From an uncultured delta proteobacterium (GTDB lineage: Bacteria > Desulfobacterota > Binatia > HRBIN30 > BPIQ01), in NCBI GenBank assembly GCA_963761335.1, contig CAVXGR010000013.1, positions 160,001 to 224,000 of the forward strand: DNA of 64,000 bases. Direction: 5' to 3'. The notes beneath the pieces are model-generated. The model was not told the origin of the DNA, did no database searches, and worked only from the letters and a program-made list of their open reading frames with translations. Below, piece by piece: positions 1 to 13,449 of the stretch; positions within the stretch are counted from its first letter, which is position 1; each line of letters opens with the position of its first letter. The translations under genes and the position numbers were made by a program.

Positions 1-78
1 GCCGGGCTCGGCACGGGCGACAGCAGCACCGAGGCCATAGCCCACCTCCGGCGCCGCCGATTCGCGGGCCTCCTTCAT
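1..78 (-). CDS. 5' fragment of a gene downstream of ybeY (runs off the window; possibly lnt)
   Basis: ATG at 78 overlaps the ybeY stop (ATGA) and the frame stays open to the window edge ([17 protein letters not shown]...). The lnt guess rests only on common synteny. Confidence 0.35.
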   Translation of the reverse strand, partial: MKEARESAAPEVGYGLGAAVARAEPG

Positions 79-539
79 CTCTTCCGAGCCTTGGGGCGAT
101 CCGAAGCCGCGAGGATGAGTGCCAGCTCCCGTTCCACGGCGCTCATGATGCGGGCCTGCTCGGCCGAGTGCTCGTGGTCATAGCCGAGGAGGTGGAGAAT
201 CCCGTGGACGAGCAAGGTGCGCACCTCGGCAGCCAGGGGTCGGCGGCGTCGGCGTGCCTGCCGGGCGGCGGTTTCGAGCGAGATGACCACATCGCCGAGG
301 GCGTCATCCGCTCCCGGTAGCGACTCGCCCTCGCGGGCGGCGAAAGCGAGCACATCGGTGGCGCGGTCCTTTCGGCGGAAACGGCGGTTGAGGTCGCGAA
401 TGATCGAATCGTCGACCAGCACCACCGTCAGCTCGGCTCCGTCTTCCCCCATGGCGCGCAGGATGTGCCGCGCATCGCGGCGCACCGCCGCGGGCGGGCA
501 CTCGGCGCAACCCGTATCGGCCAGCACCGTCACCGGCAC
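75..539 (-). CDS. ybeY: rRNA maturation endoribonuclease YbeY
   Basis: LN..FR.KD..TDVLAF, LGDVVIS and [11 protein letters not shown] motifs; lies downstream of phoH. Confidence 0.96.
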   Translation of the reverse strand: MPVTVLADTGCAECPPAAVRRDARHILRAMGEDGAELTVVLVDDSIIRDLNRRFRRKDRATDVLAFAAREGESLPGADDALGDVVISLETAARQARRRRRPLAAEVRTLLVHGILHLLGYDHEHSAEQARIMSAVERELALILAASDRPKARKR

Positions 540-541
540 GA

Positions 542-1543
542 TCAGCCCTGCTGCTTGCGGGCGCGCTCGGCGTCGGCGCGGTCGTAGGCGTTGATGATGT
601 CCTGCACCAGGGGGTGGCGGACGACGTCGCGATCGGTGAAGGTGCAGAAGCGGATGCCCTCGACATTGCTCAGAAGCGCCTGCGCTTCCTTCAGGCCGGA
701 GAGCCTCCCCGCCGGCAGATCGATCTGCGTGACGTCGCCGGTGATCACCGCCTTGGAGCCATAGCCCAGGCGGGTGAGGAACATCTTCATCTGCTCGGTG
801 GTGGTGTTCTGCGCCTCGTCGAGAATCACGAAGGAGTCGTTCAGGGTACGCCCGCGCATGAAGGCGAGCGGAGCAACCTCGATGACGCCGCGCTCCAACA
901 TCTTGCGGGCGCGCTCGAAGTCGACCATGTCGTGCAGGGCATCGTACAGGGGGCGCAGGTAGGGATTGACCTTCTCTGCCAGATCGCCGGGGAGAAAGCC
1001 CAGCTTCTCGCCGGCCTCGACCGCCGGCCGGGCCAGCACCATGCGGCTGACGTTGTTCTTCAACAGCTCGCTCACGGCCATCGCCATCGCCAGATAGGTC
1101 TTGCCGGTACCCGCCGGCCCGACGCCGAAGACGATGTCATACTGGCGCATGGCATCCACGTAGACCTTCTGCGCCACGCTCTTCGGCGCGATGACGTGCT
1201 TGTGCGCCGACATGTAGATGGTGTCGAGAAAGATGTCGCGCAGGTTGGCACTGCGGTCGCGGCTGAGGATGCGGATGGCGTAGCCGACGTCGCTCGAGTA
1301 CACCGGGTAGCCCTTTTCGAGAAGCCCGTAGAGCTGCGTCAGCACGCGTGCCGCCAGCTCGCGGTCGGTCTCGTCGCCGCTGATGGTCAGCGAGCGCCCG
1401 GTGGTGGTGATGCGCAGTCCGAGGGCGCGCTCGACAGTCTTCAGGTGCTCGTCGTTCTGCCCGAGCAGCTCGTGAAGCAGCCGGTCGTCGTCGAAGCTCA
1501 GCTCGACAGTGGGCGCCGCTTCTTCCTGCAATGCCGATCCCAC
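542..1543 (-). CDS. phoH: PhoH family ATPase (YbeZ)
   Basis: GPAGTGKT Walker [28 protein letters not shown]. Start set at GTG 1543, just after the alaS stop. Confidence 0.94.
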   Translation of the reverse strand: MGSALQEEAAPTVELSFDDDRLLHELLGQNDEHLKTVERALGLRITTTGRSLTISGDETDRELAARVLTQLYGLLEKGYPVYSSDVGYAIRILSRDRSANLRDIFLDTIYMSAHKHVIAPKSVAQKVYVDAMRQYDIVFGVGPAGTGKTYLAMAMAVSELLKNNVSRMVLARPAVEAGEKLGFLPGDLAEKVNPYLRPLYDALHDMVDFERARKMLERGVIEVAPLAFMRGRTLNDSFVILDEAQNTTTEQMKMFLTRLGYGSKAVITGDVTQIDLPAGRLSGLKEAQALLSNVEGIRFCTFTDRDVVRHPLVQDIINAYDRADAERARKQQG

Positions 1544-1547
1544 CCCG

Positions 1548-4178
1548 TCAGGCAAAGAGCTCGCGCGCCGCCTGCAGGGCGGCGCCGATCTTGGATGCAT
1601 CCTTGCCACCCGCCTGGGCCAGCTCGGGGCGGCCGCCGCCCCGCCCGCCGACGATGGGCGCCAGCTTGCCGATGATCTGTCCGGCGTGCACCTGCTTGGC
1701 GAGGTCCTTGGTCACCGCGGCGAGCAAGCTCACCCGACCGTCGCTGCCGCCGGCGAGGATGACCACACCGCGCCCCAGCCGCTCGCGCAGGGCATCGGCC
1801 ATCTCCAGCAGCCGCTTCTGGTCGGCCTCCTCGACCTGGGCGGCGATGACCTTGAAGCCGTCGCGCGCCGTAAAGGCCTGGCCGAGAAGGTCGCCACTCT
1901 GCGCCGAGGCGACCTGCGAGCGCAGCTGTTGCAGCTGGCGCTCCAGATCGCGCTGCTGCTGCACGAGCCGCTCCACCTTCTCTGCAACCTCGGTCTCCGA
2001 CCCCTTCACCAGGTCGCCGAGCTGGCGCAGGGTCAGCTCGCGCTGCTGAATGAAGTCGAGGGCGCCGCTGCCGGTCAGGGCCTCGATGCGGCGCACCCCG
2101 GCGGCGATACCACCTTCGCTGCGCACCTTGAGAACGCCGATGTCGCCGGTGCGCTGCACGTGGGTCCCGCCACACAGCTCGGTCGAGAAGTCCCCCATGC
2201 GCAGGACGCGCACGCGGTCGCCGTACTTGTCGCCGAAGAAGGCCAGGGCGCCGCGGGCGATGGCCTCGTCGTAGGGCATCTCCTCACTGGTCACCGCAGC
2301 GTTCTCACGGATGTAGGCATTGGCCTGAGTCTCGATCTCCGTCAAGGCGCGCTCGTCGATGACCCCCGGGTGACTGAAGTCGAAGCGCAGCCGGTCGGAA
2401 GCCACCAGTGAGCCGGACTGGCGCACGTGGGTGCCGAGGCGCTGGCGCAGGACGGCGTGCAGGATGTGCGTCGCCGAATGGTTCAGCCGCGTCGCTTCCC
2501 GCCATTCGCGGTCGAGACGCAGGCGCACCCGCTGGCGGCGCTGAAAGGCGCCGCGGCGCACGACACCGACGTGGACGATGAGATCGGCGCGCGGCTTCTG
2601 GGTGTCAGTGACCTCGACCACCGCGCCGTCGGCCGCCTCGATCCAGCCGCGATCGCCGACCTGCCCGCCGGACTCGCCGTAGAAGGGGGTCTCGGCGGTC
2701 ACCACCTGGACCTCATCCCCTTCGCGGATATCGGTGCACTCCTCGCCGTCGCGATACAGGGCGCGGATCTCCGACTCGGCCTCGTCGACGCGATCGCCGA
2801 GGAAGCACGAGGTGGCTCCGCCGTGGGTCCCCATCACCTCGACGTTGGCCCGGCGCGCCTCGCGGGCGCGACGGCGCTGCTCCCCCATGCTGTGCTCGAA
2901 GCCGGGACGGTCGACGGAGACGCCTGCCTCGCGCAGGATGTCCTCGGTCATGTCGAGGGGAAAGCCGTAGGTGTCGTACAGCCGGAAGGCGACGTCGCCG
3001 GGAAGCACCTTGCCGCCGGTACGGCGCAGCGCGGCGCGCTCCTGCTCGAGCAGCGTCAGCCCCTTGTCGAGCGTCTCGGCGAAGCGCTCCTCCTCGGCGC
3101 GGATGACCTCTTCGATGAAGCTCCGCCGCTCGATCAGCTCGGGATAGGCTCCGCCCATGGTCTCGGCCACCGCCTCGGTGACGCGCCAGAGCACCGGCTC
3201 GGAAAAGCCCAGGTGCCGCGCGTGGCGGGCGGCGCGGCGCAGGATGCGGCGCAGCACGTAACCGCGGCCCTCGTTGGCGGGGAGAACACCGTCGGCGATC
3301 ATGAAGCTGAGAGCGCGGGAGTGGTCGGCGATGACGCGAAAGGCGAGGTCGTCCTCGGCATCGGCACCGTAGCGGCGATCGCGGCTCAGCGACTCGGTAA
3401 AGCGAATCAGGTTGCGGAGCAGGTCGGTGTCGTAGTTGGAGAGCACCCCCTGAAGCACCGCCGTCACCCGTTCCAGGCCCATGCCGGTGTCGACGTGCTT
3501 CGCCTGCAGCTCTTCCAGAGCGCCGCTCTCGTTGCGGTTGTACTGGATGAACACCAGATTCCACAGCTCGATGTAGCGGGCACAGCCGCTGTTGACGGCG
3601 CATTTGTGTCCGGGCACGTGCGGGCGGTCGCAGGCCGCTGCGCCGCGGTCGAGATGGATCTCCGAGCAGGGACCACAGGGGCCGGACTCGCCCATCTCCC
3701 AGAAATTGTCCTGCTCACCGAAGCGCATGATGTGGTCGCCGGCGATGTCCGTCTCGCTGCGCCAGAGTGCTTCCGTCTCGTCGTCGGTGGTGAACACGGT
3801 AGCGTAGAGATGCTCCTTGGGCAGCTTCCACTCCGCGGTGAGCAGCTCCCACGCCCAGGCGATGGCCTCGCGTTTGTAGTAGTCGCCGAACGACCAGTTG
3901 CCGAGCATTTCGAAGAGCGTGTGGTGGTAGGTGTCTCGCCCGACCTCCTCCAGATCGTTGTGCTTGCCGCTCAGACGCAGGCAGCGCTGGGCACTGGCGG
4001 CGCGCGGGTTGTCGCGCTTCTCCAGCCCGAGAAAGACGTTTTTGAACTGCACCATACCGGCATTGGTGAACAGCAGAGTCGGATCCTTGTCCGGGATCAA
4101 CGACGAGCTACGCACCAGCTCGTGGCCGCGGGAGCGGAAGAACTCGAGGAACGCCGTGCGGATCTCAGCGCCGGTCAT
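1548..4178 (-). CDS. alaS: Alanine--tRNA ligase
   Basis: DPTLLFTNAGMVQFK, HHTLFEMLGNWSFGDY, editing motifs HSATH and ELCGGTH, C-terminal GGRGGG. Start MTGAEIR at 4178. Confidence 0.98.
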   Translation of the reverse strand: MTGAEIRTAFLEFFRSRGHELVRSSSLIPDKDPTLLFTNAGMVQFKNVFLGLEKRDNPRAASAQRCLRLSGKHNDLEEVGRDTYHHTLFEMLGNWSFGDYYKREAIAWAWELLTAEWKLPKEHLYATVFTTDDETEALWRSETDIAGDHIMRFGEQDNFWEMGESGPCGPCSEIHLDRGAAACDRPHVPGHKCAVNSGCARYIELWNLVFIQYNRNESGALEELQAKHVDTGMGLERVTAVLQGVLSNYDTDLLRNLIRFTESLSRDRRYGADAEDDLAFRVIADHSRALSFMIADGVLPANEGRGYVLRRILRRAARHARHLGFSEPVLWRVTEAVAETMGGAYPELIERRSFIEEVIRAEEERFAETLDKGLTLLEQERAALRRTGGKVLPGDVAFRLYDTYGFPLDMTEDILREAGVSVDRPGFEHSMGEQRRRAREARRANVEVMGTHGGATSCFLGDRVDEAESEIRALYRDGEECTDIREGDEVQVVTAETPFYGESGGQVGDRGWIEAADGAVVEVTDTQKPRADLIVHVGVVRRGAFQRRQRVRLRLDREWREATRLNHSATHILHAVLRQRLGTHVRQSGSLVASDRLRFDFSHPGVIDERALTEIETQANAYIRENAAVTSEEMPYDEAIARGALAFFGDKYGDRVRVLRMGDFSTELCGGTHVQRTGDIGVLKVRSEGGIAAGVRRIEALTGSGALDFIQQRELTLRQLGDLVKGSETEVAEKVERLVQQQRDLERQLQQLRSQVASAQSGDLLGQAFTARDGFKVIAAQVEEADQKRLLEMADALRERLGRGVVILAGGSDGRVSLLAAVTKDLAKQVHAGQIIGKLAPIVGGRGGGRPELAQAGGKDASKIGAALQAARELFA

Positions 4179-4307
4179 GATGGATATGTAGCAAGGTTGG
4201 GGAGCTGAATCGACGGGGAGACGAGGGGCGGGTGGTGGGTGGGGACGGGCTACTCTTGCCGGGGCGCTTGGGCACGAGGACATTTCCTGCCCACTCGCGA
4301 GAGCGGC

Positions 4308-4718
4308 TCAAGGCCTCTTGCCGGCCACCTCCAGGCGGGTTTCCGCCCAGGCGCAATCCGCCGCTGCCTGGGCGTGTTCCTCCTCGAGCGGCGAGGTGGC
4401 GTCCAGACGGGCGCGGGCCTGGCGCAGGTCCTCCTCTGCATGGGAGACGTCGATCTCCTCGGGAAGCTCGGCGGCGTCGGCGAGCACGGTCATGACGTTG
4501 TCGCTCACCTCGGCGAAGCCGCCGCGCACAGCGACGGTGCGGCCCCCTCGATCGGCGCGATAGGTCAGTGGCCCGGTCTCCAGCGAGCTCAGGAAGGTGA
4601 TGTGCTCCGGAAGCACGCCGAACTGGCCGGCGGTTCCGGGCGCGGTGACCTCGCGCACCTGCTCGTCCAGCAGCTGCCGGCGGGGGGTGACGATGCGAAG
4701 CTGTAAGTGGTCGGTCAT
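4308..4718 (-). CDS. atpC: ATP synthase F1 epsilon subunit
   Basis: LRIVTP, GQFGVLPEH and GGFAEV motifs; last gene of the F1 operon. Confidence 0.95.
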   Translation of the reverse strand: MTDHLQLRIVTPRRQLLDEQVREVTAPGTAGQFGVLPEHITFLSSLETGPLTYRADRGGRTVAVRGGFAEVSDNVMTVLADAAELPEEIDVSHAEEDLRQARARLDATSPLEEEHAQAAADCAWAETRLEVAGKRP

Positions 4719-4752
4719 CGGTACTCAGTGAGGCTCGGCGGCCGGCCCGGGC

Positions 4753-7084
<2,332 letters not shown>

Positions 7085-7119
7085 GTGCGGATGGAGCCCG
7101 GCGATTCAGATCGCCGCGC

Positions 7120-8628
<1,509 letters not shown>

Positions 8629-8643
8629 CTGATGAACGACCTC

Positions 8644-9189
8644 CTAGGTGTGACTCTCGACCCCGGCGATTTTCGCCGCGAGCCGCTGCAGCTGGGTGCG
8701 CAGGCTGCCGTCGTAGACCCGGCCCTCCGCCTCGACGACAACGCCGCCGAGCAACGAGTCGTCGTCGGTCTCGGTGGCCATGACCGCCTTGCCGCTGGCG
8801 CGCTCGAAGGCGGCGATGATCTCGCGGCGCTGCGCCTCGGGCAGCGGGGCCGCGGAACGGATCTGCAGGCGCATGCGCTTGAGAACGCGGTCCTCGAGGA
8901 CCTGGTACTGGTCGGCAATCGGTCCCAGCTGACCGAGACGGCGCTGCTCGGCCAGATAAAGGAGAAACTTCTCGGTGAGCGGCGAGAGCGACAGCTGCGC
9001 ACCCATGGCGTCGACGAGCGCTTTGCGCCGCGCCACCGAAAGAAGCGGGCTGGCGGCGACATGCGCCAGCTCCGGCTGCCCGAGCAGGCGCGCAGCAGCC
9101 AGCAGCTCCCGGCCGAGCGCCTCGATTTGCTTCTGCTCGTCGGCGAGCGCAAAGATCGCCTTGGCGTAGCGGCGAGCGACGGCGCTCAT
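8644..9189 (-). CDS. atpH: ATP synthase F1 delta subunit
   Basis: VARRYAKAIF, LLGGVVV...YDGSLRTQL. ATG 9189 overlaps the atpF stop. Confidence 0.95.
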   Translation of the reverse strand: MSAVARRYAKAIFALADEQKQIEALGRELLAAARLLGQPELAHVAASPLLSVARRKALVDAMGAQLSLSPLTEKFLLYLAEQRRLGQLGPIADQYQVLEDRVLKRMRLQIRSAAPLPEAQRREIIAAFERASGKAVMATETDDDSLLGGVVVEAEGRVYDGSLRTQLQRLAAKIAGVESHT

Positions 9190-9773
9190 TGGCTCACCTG
9201 CTCCAGGAACTCTTCGACGAAGCGCTGCTGGTCGGCGTCCGTCAGGCGCTCGCGAACCAGCCGTTCGGCGATCGACACCGCCTGGCGCGCCACCTCCTTG
9301 CGCAGCGTGCTCTGGGCGCGCACGATCTCGGAGGCCGCCGCTCGCCGGGCATCCCTCTCGATGGCGGTGGCAGTCTCCCGCGCCGCCGCGAGGATGCGGT
9401 CGCGCTCGCGCCCGGCATCGTCGCGGGCCGCCTGGCGGATCTCCGCGATCTCGCCTTCGAGGTGATCGAGCCGGCGCTGCCACTCGGCGCGCAGGGCCTC
9501 GGCCTCGGCGCGCGCCGCCGTTGCCTCCTCGATCTCTCGCACAACCCGGTCGCGGCGTTCGATCGCATAGCGCCGCAGGCTGGGCAGGAGTCCGCGTACG
9601 ATGATCACGTACACGAAGATGGTGAAGTTGACGGCAGCGAAGGCCAGCAGCGACCAGGGGATGTGCTCCGGCGAGGCTCCGTGCGGCTCGGGAGTCTGCG
9701 CCGCCACAGCGATCGACGCCATCGAGAGCACGGCGATCGGAGCGCCGCGCCACACTGCGGAGCGGAAGCTCAT
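9186..9773 (-). CDS. atpF: ATP synthase F0 subunit b
   Basis: Transmembrane segment (AVNFTIFVYVII) followed by an Ala/Glu/Arg coiled coil; position in the atp operon. Confidence 0.88.
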   Translation of the reverse strand: MSFRSAVWRGAPIAVLSMASIAVAAQTPEPHGASPEHIPWSLLAFAAVNFTIFVYVIIVRGLLPSLRRYAIERRDRVVREIEEATAARAEAEALRAEWQRRLDHLEGEIAEIRQAARDDAGRERDRILAAARETATAIERDARRAAASEIVRAQSTLRKEVARQAVSIAERLVRERLTDADQQRFVEEFLEQVSQ

Positions 9774-10201
9774 GCCGCCTGTCTCCCCAGAACCCGATCA
9801 GCGACTTCCGCCGCCAGCGCCTCCGCCTGGCCGCGGAGCGCGGCACGGGCCTGCTCGATCTGAGCGGCCACCTCGGCTCGCGTCTCGCTCAACTGCGCCG
9901 CCGCCGCATCGCGGGCCGCGGCGACGATCTGCCGCTCCTCGGCGACCGCCGCTTTGCGATTCTCCTCGAGCTGCTCGTGAAGCGCGTGGCGGACCTCGCG
10001 GATGCGCTCCTCGTAATCGGCGTGCAGCGCTTCCGCCTCGCTCCTCAGCGTGGAGGCCTTCTCCTGGTTGCCCTTGGTGCGGCTCTCGCGCTCCTCGAGA
10101 ACGCCCAACATGGGGTCGAAGAGAAGGCTCTTCAAGCCCGCCCAGACGATCAGGAAAGTGATGATCTGGGCTGCAAAAGTCCAGTCGATCGAGATGCCCA
10201 T
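9770..10201 (-). CDS. ATP synthase F0 subunit b'
   Basis: MGISIDWTFAAQIITFLI...LFDPMLGVLEERE, then coiled coil; first gene of the operon. Confidence 0.88.
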   Translation of the reverse strand: MGISIDWTFAAQIITFLIVWAGLKSLLFDPMLGVLEERESRTKGNQEKASTLRSEAEALHADYEERIREVRHALHEQLEENRKAAVAEERQIVAAARDAAAAQLSETRAEVAAQIEQARAALRGQAEALAAEVADRVLGRQAA

Positions 10202-10323
10202 ATGCAGTTGTGCTCTCTGTTCCCCCTGGCCGGCAGGCCAGAACCCGCCTCTTCTAGAGAGATTCGTCGCGCGGATCAACCATCCCCGCGGTATCGAGGT
10301 GGCGCCCCGGCGGGCGCCGCGGC

Positions 10324-10851
10324 TCACTTGATCTCGGATGCCGCGCGAGCGGTAGTGCGCTCTTCCTTGGGGAAGATCGCCACCTTCTTCTCGCGGTCGG
10401 AGCGCTCCACACCGACGTCGGCCTGTGCCATGGAGCAGTGTCCTTCGAAGACGACTCCCTCCTGGATCACCAGCGACGGCGTAACGATGTTGCCGAGCAA
10501 ACGACCGGGAGCGCGCAGCTCGACGAGCTTTCGCGCTGTAACGTCACCGGTGACTCGCCCCTTGATCACGATGGTACCCGCAACCACCTGCGCCACCACG
10601 TTCGCCGACTCTCCGACGATGACGGTGTCCTTTGCCTCCACCTCGCCCTCGACCTGCCCCTCGATGCGCACGCTGCCGTCGAAGCTGAGCTTACCCTGAA
10701 CGCGGCTGCCGCGGCCGATGTGGGCCTGCACGTCCGCCGGCTCGCTGCTGCGCGACTCCCGCGCCGCCGAACCCGTCGAAGGCGGAGTGGAGACTCGCGG
10801 CGTCTCCTCGAATGCGCCGACCCGCTCATCGTTCTTTCCGAATAACGCCAT
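10324..10851 (-). CDS. Bactofilin (polymer-forming cytoskeletal protein, CcmA family)
   Basis: IGRGSRVQGKLSFDGSVRIEGQVEGEV...VIVGESANV...IKGRVTGDV...LLGNIVTPSLVIQEGVVFEGHCSM beta-helix pattern. Confidence 0.93.
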   Translation of the reverse strand: MALFGKNDERVGAFEETPRVSTPPSTGSAARESRSSEPADVQAHIGRGSRVQGKLSFDGSVRIEGQVEGEVEAKDTVIVGESANVVAQVVAGTIVIKGRVTGDVTARKLVELRAPGRLLGNIVTPSLVIQEGVVFEGHCSMAQADVGVERSDREKKVAIFPKEERTTARAASEIK

Positions 10852-11002
10852 GGCAGATCTCCTCTTTTATTCAGAGAAATGAGTGGAGAGAGAAGGGGGC
10901 GCCTATACCATCGGCGCCGCAGCACTGTCAAAGCTGTCCCGGCGCAGACGACGAGGATGGCGGCAACCATCCGCGGGCGACCCAGGCTGGCGCCGCGAGC
11001 GA

Positions 11003-11869
11003 TCAGGAAGTGCCGGCGATGCGCTCGAGTAGACCGTCGAGCTCCTCCAGCGAGAAGAAGTCGATCTCGATGCGCCCGGAACCGTTGCCCTTGGCGATCA
11101 GACGAACCTTGGTGCCGAGGGCGCGCCGCAGGCGTTCCTCGACGGCACTGTGGTCGGGATCCGCGGCCTTCTGGGCCATGTCGCGCACCAGCTTCTCGGC
11201 CTGGCGCGCATTCAGCCGCCGGCTCACGATCTCCTGCGCTGCGCGCACCTGCTGCTCGGCGCTGCGCGCTCCGGCGACGGCGCGCGCATGTCCCGCGGGC
11301 AGGCGCCCGGCGCGGATCTCCGCCTGCACCGAGAGAGGAAGCGACAGCAGCCGCAGGCTGTTGGCTACCGCCGGACGGCTCTTGCCGACTCGCTCAGCGA
11401 CTCCCTCCTGGGTCAGGCCAAACTCGTCCATGAGGCGCTGATAGGCCGCCGCTTCGTCGAGTGGGTTGAGGTCCTCGCGCTGGACGTTCTCGACGATCGC
11501 CAGCTCGAGCGCCTCGCGATCGCTTGCTTCCTTGATGACGGCGGGGATATCCGACAGGCCGGCCCGCTGGGCGGCGCGGAAACGGCGCTCGCCGGCGATC
11601 AGCTCGTAGCCGTCGCCGACCGGCCGCACCATGATCGGTTGAATAACTCCGTTCTGCAGAATAGAACTGGCGAGCTGCTCGATCGTCTCCTCCGGGAAAT
11701 CCGTGCGTGGCTGCAAGCGGTTTGGACGAATCGAGTCCATGGAGATAGACGATGCCGGCGCGCCGCCGCCGGCGGCCTGCCCCGCATGTCCGCCTTCGAG
11801 CTGCCGGCCCGCTCCCGGGATCAGAGCCCCCAGGCCCCGCCCCAGGGCCTTGCGACGTGGTCCTTCCAT
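11003..11869 (-). CDS. parB: Chromosome partitioning protein ParB/Spo0J
   Basis: LGRGLGALI, NRLQPR, IAGERRFRA, ENVQREDL, HTH (VGKSRPAVANSLRLL). Confidence 0.97.
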   Translation of the reverse strand: MEGPRRKALGRGLGALIPGAGRQLEGGHAGQAAGGGAPASSISMDSIRPNRLQPRTDFPEETIEQLASSILQNGVIQPIMVRPVGDGYELIAGERRFRAAQRAGLSDIPAVIKEASDREALELAIVENVQREDLNPLDEAAAYQRLMDEFGLTQEGVAERVGKSRPAVANSLRLLSLPLSVQAEIRAGRLPAGHARAVAGARSAEQQVRAAQEIVSRRLNARQAEKLVRDMAQKAADPDHSAVEERLRRALGTKVRLIAKGNGSGRIEIDFFSLEELDGLLERIAGTS

Positions 11870-11880
11870 GTTGTTCTCCC

Positions 11881-12660
11881 TCAGAATGCTCCGCTGCCCG
11901 CCGATTCGCCGAGTATCTCTTTGGCCAAGTCCATGTACGCAAGCGCGCCTCTGGCGTTCGGATCGTAGACCACCGCCGGTAAGCCGTGACTGGGTGACTC
12001 GCTGAGGCGGACGTTGCGCGGAATGACGGCCCGGAACACCGCGTCGGGAAAGTGCTCGCGGACCTCGGACATCACCTGATGTGACAGCGAGTTGCGGACA
12101 TCGAACATGGTGAGAAGCAAGCCCTCGAGGCGCAGCTCCGGATTGAGCTCGCGGCGGACGAGATTGATCGTCTCGAGAAGGGCGGTCAGACCCTCCAGGG
12201 CGTAGTACTCACACTGGAGTGGCACCAAGACGGTGTGTGCCGCACATAGTCCATTGATCGTCAGCAAGCCGAGCGAAGGCGGGCTGTCGATGAGAATGAA
12301 GTCATAGGTGTCGCGAATCGGCTCGAGCGCACGCGCCAGACGGAACTCCCGGCGCAGCATGGGCACCATCTCGATCTCTGCCCCGGTCAGATCGCGGGAT
12401 GCCGCCAGCAGCGTCACTCCGGCCGATCCGGTCGAAATCGCCGCACCCTCGACCGAATGCTCCCCGATGAGCACATCGTAGGTAGACAGCTGCACCTGCT
12501 CAGGGGTCACCCCGAATCCACTGGTAGCACTCGCCTGCGGATCGATGTCCACGAGCAGAATTTTCCGCCCTGCCATTCCTAGAGCGGCCGCCAGGTTCAC
12601 GGCAGTCGTGGTCTTCCCGACGCCACCTTTCTGATTGGCAATACAGATAATACGGCCCAT
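11881..12660 (-). CDS. parA: Chromosome partitioning ATPase ParA/Soj
   Basis: NQKGGVGKTTT, DIDPQ, QCEYYALEGL, IPRNVRLSESPSHG. Confidence 0.97.
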   Translation of the reverse strand: MGRIICIANQKGGVGKTTTAVNLAAALGMAGRKILLVDIDPQASATSGFGVTPEQVQLSTYDVLIGEHSVEGAAISTGSAGVTLLAASRDLTGAEIEMVPMLRREFRLARALEPIRDTYDFILIDSPPSLGLLTINGLCAAHTVLVPLQCEYYALEGLTALLETINLVRRELNPELRLEGLLLTMFDVRNSLSHQVMSEVREHFPDAVFRAVIPRNVRLSESPSHGLPAVVYDPNARGALAYMDLAKEILGESAGSGAF

Positions 12661-12740
12661 TCGGTCACCGTGGAGGCCGGCCTCATAGCACAGGCCGGCG
12701 CCCTGGAGCAAAGAGGCTCCCTCGGCGAGGCACCGCCCAC

Positions 12741-12756
12741 CGTTTCACGTGAAACG
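12741..12756. promoter_or_regulatory. parS centromere site 1
   Basis: CGTTTCACGTGAAACG matches the parS consensus TGTTTCACGTGAAACA; it sits inside a 22-bp perfect palindrome (12738-12759) upstream of parA. Confidence 0.93.
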
Positions 12757-12768
12757 GTGCAGCGCGGG

Positions 12769-12784
12769 GGTTTCACGTGAAACA
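12769..12784. promoter_or_regulatory. parS centromere site 2
   Basis: GGTTTCACGTGAAACA, 15/16 match to the consensus. Confidence 0.93.
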
Positions 12785-13435
12785 TCACTCCCGGCGCTGA
12801 GCAATGATCAGAAGTCGCGCCTCACCTGCGCGAAGAGAATACGTACGTGTCTCAACAGCGCCGTACAGAGAAGACCCTCCGGTCTCTGCTTCTCCCGGAA
12901 CGCGCATGGCCACCGCGACTCCGCCGGGGCGCAGGAGCGGGGCGGCGCGCTCCAGAAATTCGGCCAGGGACCACACTGCGCGCGATACGACCATGTCCAG
13001 ACTCCGCCGGAGGTCTGCATCGGCCGCCAGATCCTCAGCGCGCGCCTCGCGGACAACCGCATTGGTCAAACCGATCTGGCGGACGGCCGCACGCAGGAAG
13101 GCTACCTTTCTCTGCCGGGATTCGACGAGCTCGACCCGGACATCCGGCCTCATGATCGCCAGGACAATTCCCGGGAATCCGCCACCACTACCCAGGTCGG
13201 CCGCACGCCAGCGCTCCCGGGCTATCGAAACGACGGAAAACGAATCCTCGACGTGCTTTCCGATGATTTCCCCGATCGAGCGTTGCGCCACCAAGTTTAG
13301 GCGCTCTCTCCAGCGCAGAAGGATCTGAAGATAGCTCTCCAGCGCCCGTTCGCCGTCGGCAGACAACCCTACCGACTGCGCCGACGCAGCCGCCTCGAGG
13401 AGCGAACGCAGCGAACCGCCGGCTTCAGCAGCCAT
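12785..13435 (-). CDS. rsmG: 16S rRNA m7G527 methyltransferase RsmG (GidB)
   Basis: DLGSGGGFPG, ES..RKVAFL, RAE, VVSRA; between mnmG and parA. Confidence 0.95.
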   Translation of the reverse strand: MAAEAGGSLRSLLEAAASAQSVGLSADGERALESYLQILLRWRERLNLVAQRSIGEIIGKHVEDSFSVVSIARERWRAADLGSGGGFPGIVLAIMRPDVRVELVESRQRKVAFLRAAVRQIGLTNAVVREARAEDLAADADLRRSLDMVVSRAVWSLAEFLERAAPLLRPGGVAVAMRVPGEAETGGSSLYGAVETRTYSLRAGEARLLIIAQRRE

Positions 13436-13449
13436 CGGGACGCGAGCGA

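Noticed and set aside
12597..12788. ORF beginning MMFHVKP
   Set aside because: It is just a translation of the parS palindromes and overlaps the parA start.
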